Assembly: GCA_030665485.1 (NCBI GenBank)
Contig: DAOUZV010000001.1
Span: forward strand, 1-29,907
DNA from: Chloroflexota bacterium
Lineage (GTDB): Bacteria > Chloroflexota > Dehalococcoidia > JABGRK01
Direction of reading: 5' to 3'
DNA: 29,907 nt
Numbering within the stretch: the stretch's first letter is position 1; the number at the start of each line of letters is the position of its first letter. The notes under the pieces are model-generated. The model was not told where the DNA came from. It searched no databases and worked only from the letters and a program-made list of their open reading frames with translations. Shown piece after piece: positions 19,225 through 29,398 of the stretch. Made by a program: the position numbers and the translations under genes.

Positions 19225-19875
19225 TTATTTAACAACCGCAAGCAACCTCTCCGCCACTTCTTCGGCTTGGCCCTCGCCGTTTATCTTACCTAGCTTTCCG
19301 ATTTTATCATAATAGTCAATAAGCGGCTTGGTCTGCTTGGTGTAGACATCAAGCCTGCTTCTTACCGTTGCCACTGTGTCATCGTCTCGCTGATATAGCT
19401 CACCGCCGCATGCGTCGCATACGCCTTTTACCTTAGGCGGCATGTTTATTTCGTGGTACGGTGTCTGGCAGCCGCGGCATATCCAGCGCCCGCCTAGTCT
19501 TCTTACCACTTCTTCATCTGATACGTTGATATAAAGAGACTTGGTCACACTTTCGCCGTTTTTGCTCAAGGCTTCATCCAGCGCTTTTGCTTGCTCAAGC
19601 GTTCTGGGAAAGCCATCCAAGAGCAACCCTGTGTCGCAATCCGGTCTGGCGATACGCTCTAAAATCATTTTGATTGTTATCTCGTCTGGTACCAGTTCAC
19701 CCTTGTCCATATACTTTTTGGCTTCAAGGCCCAATCTGGTTCCCTTTGATAGAGCCTCCCTGAACAGGTCTCCCGAAGCTATATGTGCCAGTCCCACTTC
19801 CTGTGAGATGGCTGCCGCCAGCGTTCCTTTGCCCGCTCCTGGCGCTCCCAGCAGGATGTATATTTTCCTGTCCAT
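19225..19875 (-). CDS. adk: Adenylate kinase with Zn-binding LID (CxxC...CxxC)
   Basis: GAPGAGKGT, GDLFR, LVPDE, LDGFPRT and RDDD. Confidence 0.98.
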   Translation of the reverse strand: MDRKIYILLGAPGAGKGTLAAAISQEVGLAHIASGDLFREALSKGTRLGLEAKKYMDKGELVPDEITIKMILERIARPDCDTGLLLDGFPRTLEQAKALDEALSKNGESVTKSLYINVSDEEVVRRLGGRWICRGCQTPYHEINMPPKVKGVCDACGGELYQRDDDTVATVRSRLDVYTKQTKPLIDYYDKIGKLGKINGEGQAEEVAERLLAVVK

Positions 19876-19932
19876 TTGCTCCTTTTCTAAATAGTGCCAG
19901 TCCTGTTTATATTAACTCCCAAGTGAGTATAG

Positions 19933-21243
19933 CTACTTTATAAAGCCATCGTAGCGGCGCATTACCAGCTGCGATTCCAGTTGTCTCATCGTATCGAGCG
20001 TTACGCCTACCAGAATCAGCATCGCCGTGGCGCTGACGGTCACCAGCATGGTTTCATCGCCCGATATCCAGCGCGCTATGTATGGCATAATGGCTATGAT
20101 GCCCAAGAATATGGCTCCGCCCCAGGTTATACGGAAGATTACCCCCATCAGATACTTGTGGGTGGGTTTGCCCGGCCGTATTCCCGGTATAAAACCGCCC
20201 TGTTTCTGCAGCGATTCGGCCAGGTTTTGCTGCTGAAAAACGGTATAAGTATAAAAGAAACTAAACGCTACGACCAGAATGAAAAGTGCTATCCAGTAGA
20301 ATGGCTCTCCTGTGCCCAGCCATCTGCCGATCCAGTCAAATGCTCTATTTCCCTGAAACCATCCTGATAACACGGATGGCAGCATTAAAAACGCGTTGGA
20401 AAAGATAATCGGTATCATTCCTGCCGAGTTAACGCGCAGCGGAATAAAGTTTGATCCTCCCTGCTTGTACATGCGCCCGCCCCTGAATACGCTCTTGGAG
20501 TACTGTACTGGTATGCGTCTTTGAGCCTCGGTGAATATTACCACCGCGCCGAATATGATGGCAGCAAATACGATGAACCAGGCAAATCCTCCCCAGTTGT
20601 TTGTGGAAGCGAATCGCTGGAAGTTGGGGTATACACTTGCAACTATGTTGGCGAAGATAATCATCGATATACCATTGCCTATCCCCTTTTCGCTTATGCG
20701 CTCACCCAGCCACACCAGGAACATGGTTCCCGCGGTCAAGGCAAGTACCATGGATACCGTGGGAAGCAACGCGCTTCCGGAAAGCCCTATGTTGGATACA
20801 GCCCCGCCTTGTTGTAATAACATAAGCTGCCCGTAGCCGCTAAGCATGGCCAGTGGTATGGTTAGCCAGTGTGTGTACTGATTTATTTTAGCCCTGCCTG
20901 CCTGGCCCTCACGGGAGAGTTGCTGCAGGCGTGGAATCACCGGGGTCAGCACCTGAATTATGATGGTGGAAGTAATGTATGGATAGACGCCCAGCGCCAC
21001 CACACTCATCTTTCTCAATGAGCCACCGCTTATTAAATCCATCAAGCCCAGATACTCGTTTTCACTGTATATATTTGCTAGTGCTGCCTGATCAACGCCC
21101 GGCAAGGCTATAACAGCGATCACGCGAAAAACAACCAGTATGAAGAACGTAAAAAGCAGCTTGCTCCTAATGTCAGGCTGCTTAAACGCATCTAGGACTG
21201 CCTGTAAAAGTTGTGGTTTAGACCTTTTTTTGGCCTGCCGCAT
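19933..21243 (-). CDS. secY: Preprotein translocase subunit SecY
   Basis: ALGVYPYITS, WLGERISEKGIGNGIS, GMIPIIF, FIPGIRPG and YDGF. Confidence 0.98.
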   Translation of the reverse strand: MRQAKKRSKPQLLQAVLDAFKQPDIRSKLLFTFFILVVFRVIAVIALPGVDQAALANIYSENEYLGLMDLISGGSLRKMSVVALGVYPYITSTIIIQVLTPVIPRLQQLSREGQAGRAKINQYTHWLTIPLAMLSGYGQLMLLQQGGAVSNIGLSGSALLPTVSMVLALTAGTMFLVWLGERISEKGIGNGISMIIFANIVASVYPNFQRFASTNNWGGFAWFIVFAAIIFGAVVIFTEAQRRIPVQYSKSVFRGGRMYKQGGSNFIPLRVNSAGMIPIIFSNAFLMLPSVLSGWFQGNRAFDWIGRWLGTGEPFYWIALFILVVAFSFFYTYTVFQQQNLAESLQKQGGFIPGIRPGKPTHKYLMGVIFRITWGGAIFLGIIAIMPYIARWISGDETMLVTVSATAMLILVGVTLDTMRQLESQLVMRRYDGFIK

Positions 21244-21254
21244 TCATGCTTCCT

Positions 21255-21698
21255 CTATAGCTGTTCGGCCTTTCCTCCGGCTGCCTCTATTTTGGTTATG
21301 GCGGTTTTAGAGAACTTGTTGGCCTTTACTGTGAGCTTCTTTTTGATCTCTCCATGCCCCAGAATTTTAACTGGCACTTTGGTCGATTTTATGAGTCGGG
21401 CGATTACCAGTTGCTCAGGGGTGATTTCGGTCTTACTGTCGAATATATTGAGCCTGCTCAAGTTAACGGTGGCATACTCGGTTCTGAATATATTGGTGAA
21501 GCCGCGTTGTCGGGGCAGACGCTGGATTATGGGCAACTGGCCACCCTCAAACCTGGGATGAACGTTGCCGCCGGAACGTGATTTCTGCCCTTTGCACCCG
21601 CGGCCGGAATACGTCCCGTGGCCGCTGCCATCGCCGCGTCCTACCCTCTTACTTTTATGTTTTGAACCCGGTGCGGGTTTCAGTTCATTCTGTAGCAT
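21255..21698 (-). CDS. rplO: 50S ribosomal protein L15
   Basis: [21 protein letters not shown] and FEGGQLP. ATG at 21698 (MLQNELKP) preferred over TTG at 21707. Confidence 0.97.
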   Translation of the reverse strand: MLQNELKPAPGSKHKSKRVGRGDGSGHGTYSGRGCKGQKSRSGGNVHPRFEGGQLPIIQRLPRQRGFTNIFRTEYATVNLSRLNIFDSKTEITPEQLVIARLIKSTKVPVKILGHGEIKKKLTVKANKFSKTAITKIEAAGGKAEQL

Positions 21699-21873
21699 TT
21701 TCCTCAACCTTAACCAAATGTCTTACCTTGTACACCATTCCTCTTATGGTGGGGTTGTCCTCTTTAATAACGATATGATTTAAACGGCGCAAGCCCAGTG
21801 CTTTAATGGTTGCACCCTGATCCTTGGCATAGCCGATTGCACTTTTTGTCCAGGTGATTTTTATCTTAGCCAC
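21685..21873 (-). CDS. rpmD: 50S ribosomal protein L30
   Basis: KSAIG, ALGLRR and [12 protein letters not shown]. Confidence 0.97.
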   Translation of the reverse strand: MAKIKITWTKSAIGYAKDQGATIKALGLRRLNHIVIKEDNPTIRGMVYKVRHLVKVEENATE

Positions 21874-22351
21874 TCTTGCGTGCCTCCGAAGCCTCTTTGA
21901 GCCGGTTGAGTTCGTTTAGGGCTACCATTGTGGCTTTCACCACGTTCTGCGGGTTGTCGCTTCCCAGGGATTTGGTGAGGATGTCCTTGATACCGGCAGC
22001 CTCTACCACCGCCCTGATCACGCCGCCTGCGATAACCCCGGTGCCGGGCGCTGCGGGTTTGAGCATAACCTTACCTGCGCCGTATCTGGCGGTCATTTCG
22101 CAGGGTATAGTGGTACCCTTTGTGGGTATTTCTACCATGCTCTTTCTGGCAACTTGGCCCGCTTTTCTAATGGCCAGCGCAACCTCCCTTGCCTTGCCCA
22201 TCCCAACGCCCACGCTTCCGTTTCCGTCACCGGCAACAACCAGAGCGCTGAAGCTGAATGTTCGTCCGCCCTTTACCACCTTGGCAACCCGGTTTACATT
22301 AACCAGCTTTTCGTTTATTAGTGGTTCTTTGCTATCGAAGTCTCTATCCAT
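21866..22351 (-). CDS. rpsE: 30S ribosomal protein S5
   Basis: [22 protein letters not shown] and KSLGSDNP. Confidence 0.98.
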   Translation of the reverse strand: MDRDFDSKEPLINEKLVNVNRVAKVVKGGRTFSFSALVVAGDGNGSVGVGMGKAREVALAIRKAGQVARKSMVEIPTKGTTIPCEMTARYGAGKVMLKPAAPGTGVIAGGVIRAVVEAAGIKDILTKSLGSDNPQNVVKATMVALNELNRLKEASEARKSG

Positions 22352-22722
22352 TAAAACTTTAACCCCGCTTCTCTGGCGGCTTCTGCCAGAGCTTTTACCC
22401 TGCCGTGATATTTGTATCCGCCACGGTCGAAAACGACCTCGCTGATTTTCTTATCCTTGGCCAGTTTGGCAACATGAGTGCCAAGCAGACCTGCCTGCGC
22501 AACCTTGTTTTTGCCTTTGGTGTCCTTTTTTAGTTCCGGCGTAAGCGTTGACGCCGCCGCCAGAGTGTTTCCCGCAACGTCGTCTATAACCTGAGCATAA
22601 ATGTGACTGGTGCTGCGAAACACGCACAGGCGCGGCCTCTGCGCCGTTCCCGAGACCTTGTTGCGCACCCGAGCGTGTCTTCTGTTTCTTGCATCTCTTA
22701 CTTCTTGGATGGATAAAGTCAT
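22351..22722 (-). CDS. rplR: 50S ribosomal protein L18
   Basis: [21 protein letters not shown] and AREAGLKF. Confidence 0.98.
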   Translation of the reverse strand: MTLSIQEVRDARNRRHARVRNKVSGTAQRPRLCVFRSTSHIYAQVIDDVAGNTLAAASTLTPELKKDTKGKNKVAQAGLLGTHVAKLAKDKKISEVVFDRGGYKYHGRVKALAEAAREAGLKF

Positions 22723-22754
22723 CTTATATAGATTTCCTACTTCAACTTAAATTG

Positions 22755-23303
22755 TTATTTGGCGCCAACCCTGCCGGCCTTTCCTGCCTTGCGCCTGATC
22801 TTTTCGCCCTCGTACTTTATTCCCTTGCCGGTATACGGATTGGGTTTCCTTGCTTTTCTGATGTCCGCTGCTTGCTGGCCAACGTCCTCTTTGTTTATTC
22901 CGGTAACAATGACCTTGTTGTTGCCTTCGACCGCCAGCGTTACGCCGGGCATGGGCTCTATCTTTACCGGGTGGGAGTATCCCACCTGGAGCACCACGTT
23001 TTTGCCATCCATCTGGGCGCGGTAACCCACTCCAACCATTTCCAAGGTTTTCCTAAAGCCCTCGCTTACACCCACAACCATGTTGTTAAGCAGGCTCCTG
23101 GTAAGGCCGTGGAGAGACCTGTGAGTTTTTCCCTCGCTGGGCCGTTCTACAATGACGTTGTCGTCGCCCATGCTTATCAGCATATCGGGATGCAGCGTGC
23201 GTGCCAGCTCCCCCTTGGGCCCTTTAACTATTACATCGCTGCCTTCTATGTTTACCTCTACACCTTTAGGTACGGGTATCGGCATACGTCCTATTCTAGA
23301 CAT
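22755..23303 (-). CDS. rplF: 50S ribosomal protein L6
   Basis: MSRIGRMPI, VKGPKGEL, GVGYRA and PNPYTGKGI. Confidence 0.98.
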   Translation of the reverse strand: MSRIGRMPIPVPKGVEVNIEGSDVIVKGPKGELARTLHPDMLISMGDDNVIVERPSEGKTHRSLHGLTRSLLNNMVVGVSEGFRKTLEMVGVGYRAQMDGKNVVLQVGYSHPVKIEPMPGVTLAVEGNNKVIVTGINKEDVGQQAADIRKARKPNPYTGKGIKYEGEKIRRKAGKAGRVGAK

Positions 23304-23309
23304 AGTTCA

Positions 23310-23705
23310 TCACCACACATAACACAATACTTCGCCGCCAAGGCCTTTGCGCTTGGCATTGTCACCAGTCATTATTCCCTGCGATGTGGATATAATGGAT
23401 GTACCGATTCCTCCGTATACGCTGGGTATTTTATCTTTATGCGCATACACTCTTAAGCCCGGCTTGCTCACTCTCTTCAATCCTAAAAGAAGGGGATTGC
23501 CCTTTTCATCATATCTGAGATCTACTTTTATAACACCTTGAGGCTTTTTAGCCTCCAGAATACAGTTTTTAACGAAGCCCTCATTTTTAAGGATATCGGC
23601 TATTTGCCTTTTTATTTTTGAGGCAGGTATGTTCACAGAACCGTGCCTTGCCATAACGGCGTTTCTTATTCTGGTAAGCATATCTGCTATGGGATCGGTA
23701 TTCAT
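23310..23705 (-). CDS. rpsH: 30S ribosomal protein S8
   Basis: True start is MNTDPIADMLTRIRNA at 23705; the ORF track over-extends into rpsN. Also SKPGLRVY, STSQGIMT and GGEVLCYVW. Confidence 0.98.
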   Translation of the reverse strand: MNTDPIADMLTRIRNAVMARHGSVNIPASKIKRQIADILKNEGFVKNCILEAKKPQGVIKVDLRYDEKGNPLLLGLKRVSKPGLRVYAHKDKIPSVYGGIGTSIISTSQGIMTGDNAKRKGLGGEVLCYVW

Positions 23706-23718
23706 AAACTTACGTCCT

Positions 23719-23904
23719 TTACCAGCTCGATTTCCTAACCCCGGGAAGTACACCGTCAAGCGCGAGCTTGCGGAAACATATGCGGCACAGGCCGAACTGC
23801 CTGATGTATCCCCTGGGACGGCCGCACAGATAACAGCGATTCCTTTGCTGAACCCGGTACTTCGGGGGACGTTTTGATTTTGCAATTTTAGAGAGTTTTG
23901 CCAA
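23719..23904 (-). CDS. rpsN: 30S ribosomal protein S14, type Z (zinc-binding)
   Basis: 61 aa with [10 protein letters not shown] and CRICFR. TTG start with GGAGG RBS. Confidence 0.98.
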   Translation of the reverse strand: MAKLSKIAKSKRPPKYRVQQRNRCYLCGRPRGYIRQFGLCRICFRKLALDGVLPGVRKSSW

Positions 23905-23907
23905 ACT

Positions 23908-24468
23908 TTAGCCTCCGTTTATCTTAAGAGCTTTTTTAAAGGGCATTCCCATCAGTTCTAAAAAGCGTCTGCCCTCTTCATCGTTTCTGGCGGTTGTTAC
24001 CACGTTTATTTGCAGCCCTCTTACCTTGTCGACCTTATCGTATTCTATTTCAGGGAAAACCGTTTGGTCCTTGAGCCCCAGCGAGTAATTACCTCTTCCA
24101 TCGAACGAATTGCGGGATACGCCACGGAAATCACGGATTCTGGCCAGCGTGGTGCTTACGATCTTGTCGAAGAACTGATACATCTTCTCGCCACGCAATG
24201 TCACCGACATTCCCACCGACATACCTTTGCGCAGCTTGAACTGTGCTATGGACTTTTTCGACTTGTTGATGATCGGTTTCTGGCCCGTTATGGTAGATAC
24301 GTCCTGGGCCGCAGACTCCATTGCACGCGGGTTTAGTAGTGCCTCTCCCATGCCTATATTGACCACTATTTTTTCAAGTCGCGGTACCTGCATGATGTTT
24401 TTATACTTGAAATCCGTCATCAGCGCAGGCACTATTTCTTTTATATATCGTTCCTTCAGCCTATCCAT
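23908..24468 (-). CDS. rplE: 50S ribosomal protein L5
   Basis: [25 protein letters not shown] and FPEI. Confidence 0.98.
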   Translation of the reverse strand: MDRLKERYIKEIVPALMTDFKYKNIMQVPRLEKIVVNIGMGEALLNPRAMESAAQDVSTITGQKPIINKSKKSIAQFKLRKGMSVGMSVTLRGEKMYQFFDKIVSTTLARIRDFRGVSRNSFDGRGNYSLGLKDQTVFPEIEYDKVDKVRGLQINVVTTARNDEEGRRFLELMGMPFKKALKINGG

Positions 24469-24779
24469 CAGTCGACAACCTCATCGCAATGCTTGCAGAA
24501 TCTAACCTTGCCACCCTTCTTAAGAGGGCGATATCCGACGCTAGTTGGCTTGTTACATTTGGAACAGACCAGCCTTACGTTGGAAATTTCTATCGACGCT
24601 TCTCTATGTATTACTCCTCCGGGGTCTGTTGCGGTACGCGGTTTGGTGTGACGCTTCATCATATTAATACCTTCGACCACCAGCCTTTTCTTGTGTGGAT
24701 ACGCGTATCGTACCGTTCCGGTTTTGCCTTTGTCTTTGCCTACTATAACTATCACGTTGTCGTTTTTACGAATCTTCAT
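24468..24779 (-). CDS. rplX: 50S ribosomal protein L24
   Basis: [14 protein letters not shown] and EASIEISNV. Confidence 0.97.
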   Translation of the reverse strand: MKIRKNDNVIVIVGKDKGKTGTVRYAYPHKKRLVVEGINMMKRHTKPRTATDPGGVIHREASIEISNVRLVCSKCNKPTSVGYRPLKKGGKVRFCKHCDEVVD

Positions 24780-24780
24780 C

Positions 24781-25149
24781 TTATAAGACCTCTGGTGCCA
24801 GTGAAACTATCTTCATGAAGTTTTTATCTCTAAGCTCTCGTGCTACCGGGCCGAAAATACGGCTACCCCTTGGCTCGTTTTTATCGGTCAGTATCACGGC
24901 GGCGTTTTCATCGAACCTGATATATGATCCATCCGGGCGTTTGTATGGTTTAACGGTGCGCACTATAACGGCACGAACCACCTCTTTTTTCTTTACCGCT
25001 GCATGGGGTATGGCAACTTTTACCGTAGCTACGATAATATCGCCGACACGCGCATATCTTCTGCGTGTTCCACCCAGTACGTTGATGCACATTATCTGTT
25101 TGGCGCCAGAGTTATCGGCGACTTTAAGCCTGGTTTGCGGTTGTATCAT
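24781..25149 (-). CDS. rplN: 50S ribosomal protein L14
   Basis: [24 protein letters not shown] and [10 protein letters not shown]. Confidence 0.99.
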   Translation of the reverse strand: MIQPQTRLKVADNSGAKQIMCINVLGGTRRRYARVGDIIVATVKVAIPHAAVKKKEVVRAVIVRTVKPYKRPDGSYIRFDENAAVILTDKNEPRGSRIFGPVARELRDKNFMKIVSLAPEVL

Positions 25150-25628
25150 GGCTGGTCCTCTGCCTCTGCATCATCCTCTGATTCCGGTATAGCCTCTGCT
25201 TCAGCAACAGCCTCTGTTTCAGCAACAGTAGCAGGTTTCTCTTCAGGCGTGGCTGACTCTGCTTCTACCTCTGCTTCTACCACTGCCTCTGCTGATTCGA
25301 TCTTAGCTTTGGCCTTCACCTCTACCTGCTCAGGTTTTGTTTTGGGTATCTCGATTTCTGTATAAGGAACCTCAACCACCTCTTTACGGCTGATGATGTC
25401 CGTTACTATCCAGCGTTTTTCTTTTGATATAGGACGATGTTCCATAATCTGAACCGTATCGCCTATCTGGCACTCATTGTTCTCGTCGTGAGCCATAAAC
25501 TTGGACATCTGTTTTACTATACGTTTGTACAGGCGATGCGGCCTTCTGGTTTCCACTACCACTACAGCGGTTTGATTCATCTTATTGCTGATCACATGTC
25601 CAACGCGTTTTTTTCTGTTTTTTTGCAT
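25146..25628 (-). CDS. rpsQ: 30S ribosomal protein S17 with a 78-aa acidic C-terminal extension
   Basis: Core of 82 aa (GxVxSx[19 protein letters not shown]), then an E/A/V-rich tail. The stop overlaps the rplN start (ATGA). Confidence 0.96.
   Translation of the reverse strand: MQKNRKKRVGHVISNKMNQTAVVVVETRRPHRLYKRIVKQMSKFMAHDENNECQIGDTVQIMEHRPISKEKRWIVTDIISRKEVVEVPYTEIEIPKTKPEQVEVKAKAKIESAEAVVEAEVEAESATPEEKPATVAETEAVAEAEAIPESEDDAEAEDQP
25192..25227. repeat. 18-nt tandem duplication (17/18 identical) inside the S17 tail
   Basis: gcctctgcttcagcaaca / gcctctgtttcagcaaca on the + strand. Confidence 0.8.
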
Positions 25629-25631
25629 AAT

Positions 25632-25835
25632 CTATTCCTGGCCCTGTGCAAGCTGACGCTCGCGCATTATCGTTTTAATTCGAGCGATTGTTTTCTTAAC
25701 TTTCTTTAACTCGTTTTTATCGGAAAGCTGTCCGGTCGCCACCTGGAAACGTAGGTTGAACCGCTCATGATGCGACTCTTGCAACTGCTTTGAAAGGTCT
25801 TCTTTGTTTAGTTTACGAATCTCTTTTGATTGCAT
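25632..25835 (-). CDS. rpmC: 50S ribosomal protein L29
   Basis: FNLRFQVATGQL and IARIKTI. Confidence 0.97.
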   Translation of the reverse strand: MQSKEIRKLNKEDLSKQLQESHHERFNLRFQVATGQLSDKNELKKVKKTIARIKTIMRERQLAQGQE

Positions 25836-25845
25836 ATGTACCTAC

Positions 25846-26262
25846 CTAGGCAATTGCCTCTCTGCTGACGAATTTTGTTGCTATGGGCAGCTTATGGGAT
25901 GCCAGTCTCATCGCTTCCTTTGCCACATCCTCTTTTATTCCGGCAATTTCAAACATTACCCTGCCCGCTTTTACCACGGATACCCAGTGATCCGGTGCAC
26001 CTTTACCGCTGCCCATTCTGGTCTCGGCTGCCTTCTTTGTAACCGATTTCTGCGGGAATATCCTTATCCACACTTTTCCGCCACGCTTGATGTAACGGGT
26101 CATGGCACGTCGTGCTGCCTCTATCTGATTGGCGGTTATCCATGTAGATTGCAAGGCCTGAAGCCCGAAATCACCAAAAGCAACCGTGCTTCCCCTTTGG
26201 GCCTTGCCCCTGCGGTTACCCCTGTGTACCTTTCGCCATCTAGTTCGTTTAGGCTGTAGCAT
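25846..26262 (-). CDS. rplP: 50S ribosomal protein L16
   Basis: MLQPKR, QIEAAR, RMGSGKG and KLPI. Confidence 0.98.
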   Translation of the reverse strand: MLQPKRTRWRKVHRGNRRGKAQRGSTVAFGDFGLQALQSTWITANQIEAARRAMTRYIKRGGKVWIRIFPQKSVTKKAAETRMGSGKGAPDHWVSVVKAGRVMFEIAGIKEDVAKEAMRLASHKLPIATKFVSREAIA

Positions 26263-26296
26263 CGTACCCCATCACTTCGCTAAAAGTTATAATTCT

Positions 26297-26956
26297 TTAT
26301 ACTGCCTCTTCAAATTCGTCCATTTTGTGTTCGGGAAGAATATCTCCCTTATATATCCATACCTTTATGCCGATGCGACCCATAGTGGTGTGCGCCTCGG
26401 CAAGCCCGTAGTCGATATCTGCGCGTATTGTATGCAGTGGAACACTGCCATCACTGTCCTTCTCGTTGCGGGCGATTTCTGCGCCGTTCAATCTTCCGGC
26501 AATACGTATCTTTATACCTTTGGCTCCACGCTGCATGGTTCGCATTATAGCCTGCTTCATGGCTCGTCTGTAGGCCACCCTGTTCGATATCTGGCTAGCG
26601 ATGTTCTTGGCAACCAGCAGAGCGTCTAGCTCGGGAGCAAATACCTCACGGATATTGAGCTGTACCTTCTTGCCGGTTTTCTTCTCCAGCAGCGCTCTCA
26701 TCTCGTCTACTCTCTGCCCGCCGCGTCCGATGACTATGCCGGGCTTGGCGGTGTAAACGGTAACCGATAATTGATTGGACCCTCGATCTGTCTCCACGTT
26801 GGATATATCGGCATCCTTGTACTTTTCCTCAACAAGCTTGCGCATATCCAAGTCTTCCATTAAAAACTCGGTATACTGCTTATCGGCGTACCATTTCGCC
26901 TTCCAATCCCTTATTATTCCAAGCCTGAATCCGTTAGGATGAACTTTCTGACCCAA
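26297..26956 (-). CDS. rpsC: 30S ribosomal protein S3
   Basis: [32 protein letters not shown] and [13 protein letters not shown] start. Confidence 0.98.
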   Translation of the reverse strand: MGQKVHPNGFRLGIIRDWKAKWYADKQYTEFLMEDLDMRKLVEEKYKDADISNVETDRGSNQLSVTVYTAKPGIVIGRGGQRVDEMRALLEKKTGKKVQLNIREVFAPELDALLVAKNIASQISNRVAYRRAMKQAIMRTMQRGAKGIKIRIAGRLNGAEIARNEKDSDGSVPLHTIRADIDYGLAEAHTTMGRIGIKVWIYKGDILPEHKMDEFEEAV

Positions 26957-27289
26957 CTAAACCTCCTCGACGATGACGGTCACATGAGTTGACCGCTTCA
27001 GGATAGGGCTGACCCTTCCTCTTGACCGGGGACGAAACCGTCTCTGGGTACGGCCCCCGCTGGCGTATATTTTGCTTATCTTAAGATCTACTGGAGACAT
27101 CTGGAAGTTGTTCTCAGCGTTGGCTGCGGCTGATTTAACCACCTTGGCCACCTGTCTTGCCGCCGGGGTGGGCAGAAAACGCAGGATAACGAGCGCCTCG
27201 GCAACTTTCTTATCGCGCACAGTGTTTACAACTCTGCGAAACTTCTGCGCCGATCCTCTAAGTCCTTTTGCTGTAGCTTTAACTTCCAC
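26957..27289 (-). CDS. rplV: 50S ribosomal protein L22
   Basis: KSAAANAENN, RPRSRGR and THVTV. GTG start. Confidence 0.98.
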   Translation of the reverse strand: MEVKATAKGLRGSAQKFRRVVNTVRDKKVAEALVILRFLPTPAARQVAKVVKSAAANAENNFQMSPVDLKISKIYASGGRTQRRFRPRSRGRVSPILKRSTHVTVIVEEV

Positions 27290-27308
27290 AAATGTTCTCC
27301 GCTATAAT

Positions 27309-27599
27309 CTACTTCTTTTTGACTTTGGATGTTCTGTCAGATTTGGATACGTGACCCCGAAAATGACGGGTTAAGGCAAATTCGCCCAGCTTATGTCCCA
27401 CCATATCTTCGGTTACATAAATGGGCACATGTCTTTTGCCATCGTGCACACCGATAGTGAGGCTCACCATATCAGGAAAGATTGTCGATGCGCGAGACCA
27501 GGTTTTTATTACCGACTTTTCGTTTCTTTTTCTCGCCGCTTCAACCTTGCTGTAAAGTTTAGCATCAATGTATGGCCCTTTTTTTACCGATCTTGACAC
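27309..27599 (-). CDS. rpsS: 30S ribosomal protein S19
   Basis: RSVKKGP, TWSRAS and [16 protein letters not shown] start. Confidence 0.98.
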   Translation of the reverse strand: MSRSVKKGPYIDAKLYSKVEAARKRNEKSVIKTWSRASTIFPDMVSLTIGVHDGKRHVPIYVTEDMVGHKLGEFALTRHFRGHVSKSDRTSKVKKK

Positions 27600-27603
27600 T
27601 TAC

Positions 27604-28431
27604 TTACTTCCTCCTCTTAATGATCATCTTATCGCTGAGCTTTTTCTTCTTTCTGGTTTTGTATCCCAGTGTTGGTTTTCCCCATGGCGTCTTGGGCCCG
27701 GGCATTCCGATGGGAGACCTGCCCTCTCCGCCACCGTGAGGATGATCGCACGGATTCATCGCCGAACCGCGAACGGTCGGTCTCCAGCCGCGCCACCTGG
27801 AGCGTCCTGCTTTACCCAGTTTTATATGTGCATGCTCCGTGTTTCCTATCTGCCCTATGGTGGCACGACACTCAATATCTATCTTGCGCATTTCACCAGA
27901 CTTCAGGCTGATAAGAGCGTATTTGCCCTCTTTGGCCATGAGACGGGCCACGGCTCCGGCACTACGTATAAGCTGGCCGCCCTTACCGCGGTGCATCTCT
28001 ATGTTATGGATTGTGGTGCCGGTTGGTATGGCTCGCAGCGGCATGCTGTTGCCAACCTTGATCTCAGCATCCTCGCCAGCCTGAATCTTTGCTCCAACCG
28101 TTATGCCCACCGGCGCCAAAATATACCTTTTTTCACCGTCTTCGTACTCGATGAGTGCGATACGTGCCGATCTATTCGGATCATATTCTATAGCAATGAC
28201 CGTTCCAGGGATGTTCACCTTATCGCGCTTGAAATCTATAATGCGCAACATCCTTTTGGAGCCACCGCCGCGATGGCGCACCGTAATCTTGCCCTGATTG
28301 TTTCTGCCGCCCTTCTTTTTCAGCGGAACAATAAGGGATTTTTCCGGTTTCTTTTTGGTTATTTCCTCAAAGGAATGACCGGTCATATTACGTCGCCCGG
28401 GAGAAGTGGGCTTGAATATCTTTATCGGCAT
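27604..28431 (-). CDS. rplB: 50S ribosomal protein L2
   Basis: [24 protein letters not shown] and [14 protein letters not shown]. Confidence 0.99.
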   Translation of the reverse strand: MPIKIFKPTSPGRRNMTGHSFEEITKKKPEKSLIVPLKKKGGRNNQGKITVRHRGGGSKRMLRIIDFKRDKVNIPGTVIAIEYDPNRSARIALIEYEDGEKRYILAPVGITVGAKIQAGEDAEIKVGNSMPLRAIPTGTTIHNIEMHRGKGGQLIRSAGAVARLMAKEGKYALISLKSGEMRKIDIECRATIGQIGNTEHAHIKLGKAGRSRWRGWRPTVRGSAMNPCDHPHGGGEGRSPIGMPGPKTPWGKPTLGYKTRKKKKLSDKMIIKRRK

Positions 28432-28727
28432 TAAACTCCCTCGAAAATCTGGATGCTATCGCCCTCTTTCAGGGTGATAACCGCTTTTTTCCAGTCGGGC
28501 CTTTTCGTAATGGCGCGACCATAGCGTTTTTTCTTACCAGCAACAGTCATTAGATTGACTGACTTTACTGTTACATCAAAAGCTTTTTCAACTGCCTGTT
28601 TAATCTGTGGTTTGTTGGCGTTTATTATTACTTCAAACAAATATTTGTTCTGCTCTTGCAGATAGGTGCCCTTCTCTGTAACCAGGGGGCGGCGCAGCAC
28701 TTCGTATACGTTTATCTCTTTAGGCAT
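28431..28727 (-). CDS. rplW: 50S ribosomal protein L23
   Basis: [19 protein letters not shown] and [11 protein letters not shown] at 28727 overlaps the rplD stop; the ORF track over-extends to 28787. Confidence 0.97.
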   Translation of the reverse strand: MPKEINVYEVLRRPLVTEKGTYLQEQNKYLFEVIINANKPQIKQAVEKAFDVTVKSVNLMTVAGKKKRYGRAITKRPDWKKAVITLKEGDSIQIFEGV

Positions 28728-29376
28728 TTTGAGCTGCCTCCACAACCTGCTTCTTTCCCCATAGCTGTTCTGCTTTATGAACAGCATCCACCGTCATAAC
28801 CAGCATTCTGTGCGAAAGAAGATCAGCCACGTTCAGCAGCGCAGCTGGCGTTGTCTTAATTCCGTTTATATTTCTGCTTGACTTTGTTACATTGATATCA
28901 GCCTCGCCCGTTGCAACGAGTGCCGATGAATTCACGTTTAATGTCTGAATTATTTTGGCCATTTCTTTGGTTTTCGGCTCGGCGAGATTGAATTTATCGA
29001 TTACAATAAGCTGACCATCAGCCACCTTGGCCGAAAGTGCACATCTTATGGCAAGTCGCCGCATTTTCTTTGGCATCCTCTGGTTATAGCTGCGAGGCCG
29101 TGGCCCGAAGGCAACGCCTCCACCGCGCAAAACCGGTGCTTTGGCATCGCCGCGCCGTGCCCGGCCGGTGCCTTTTTGCCTAAATAACTTTCGTGTGCTT
29201 CCAACCACCTCGCCACGCGTCTTGGCGCGAACAGTGCCCAATCGCTTATTGGCCTGATGCATAAGTAATGCCTGATGAACCAGAACCGGATTTGCCTCCA
29301 CGCCGAAAACATCGTCTAAAAGATCTAACTTTTGAACTTCTTTTCCCGCTGTGTTGTAAACGGTGATTTCCATCAC
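28720..29376 (-). CDS. rplD: 50S ribosomal protein L4
   Basis: [25 protein letters not shown] and KKMRRLA. Start is GTG at 29376 or ATG at 29373. Confidence 0.98.
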   Translation of the reverse strand: MMEITVYNTAGKEVQKLDLLDDVFGVEANPVLVHQALLMHQANKRLGTVRAKTRGEVVGSTRKLFRQKGTGRARRGDAKAPVLRGGGVAFGPRPRSYNQRMPKKMRRLAIRCALSAKVADGQLIVIDKFNLAEPKTKEMAKIIQTLNVNSSALVATGEADINVTKSSRNINGIKTTPAALLNVADLLSHRMLVMTVDAVHKAEQLWGKKQVVEAAQNA

Positions 29377-29398
29377 CTTCCCCTAAATATTTATTTTA

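Noticed and set aside
23706-23885. 60-aa N-terminal extension of S8 in the ORF track; similar extensions on rplW (28728-28787) and ahcY (7419-7433)
   Set aside because: These overlap the upstream gene or RBS. Canonical starts exist downstream.
26249-26299. Possible readthrough of the rpsC TAA, adding 15 codons that would overlap the rplP start
   Set aside because: S3 is complete at its stop, the extra peptide is not recognisable, and a short open stretch is expected by chance.
27568-28434. Long antisense ORFs over conserved genes (also 22689-23456, 15039-15806, 21876-22445, 4410-5003, 6707-7213)
   Set aside because: Shadow frames of real genes with no recognisable motifs or RBS. The 6707-7213 frame mirrors the low-complexity repeat.
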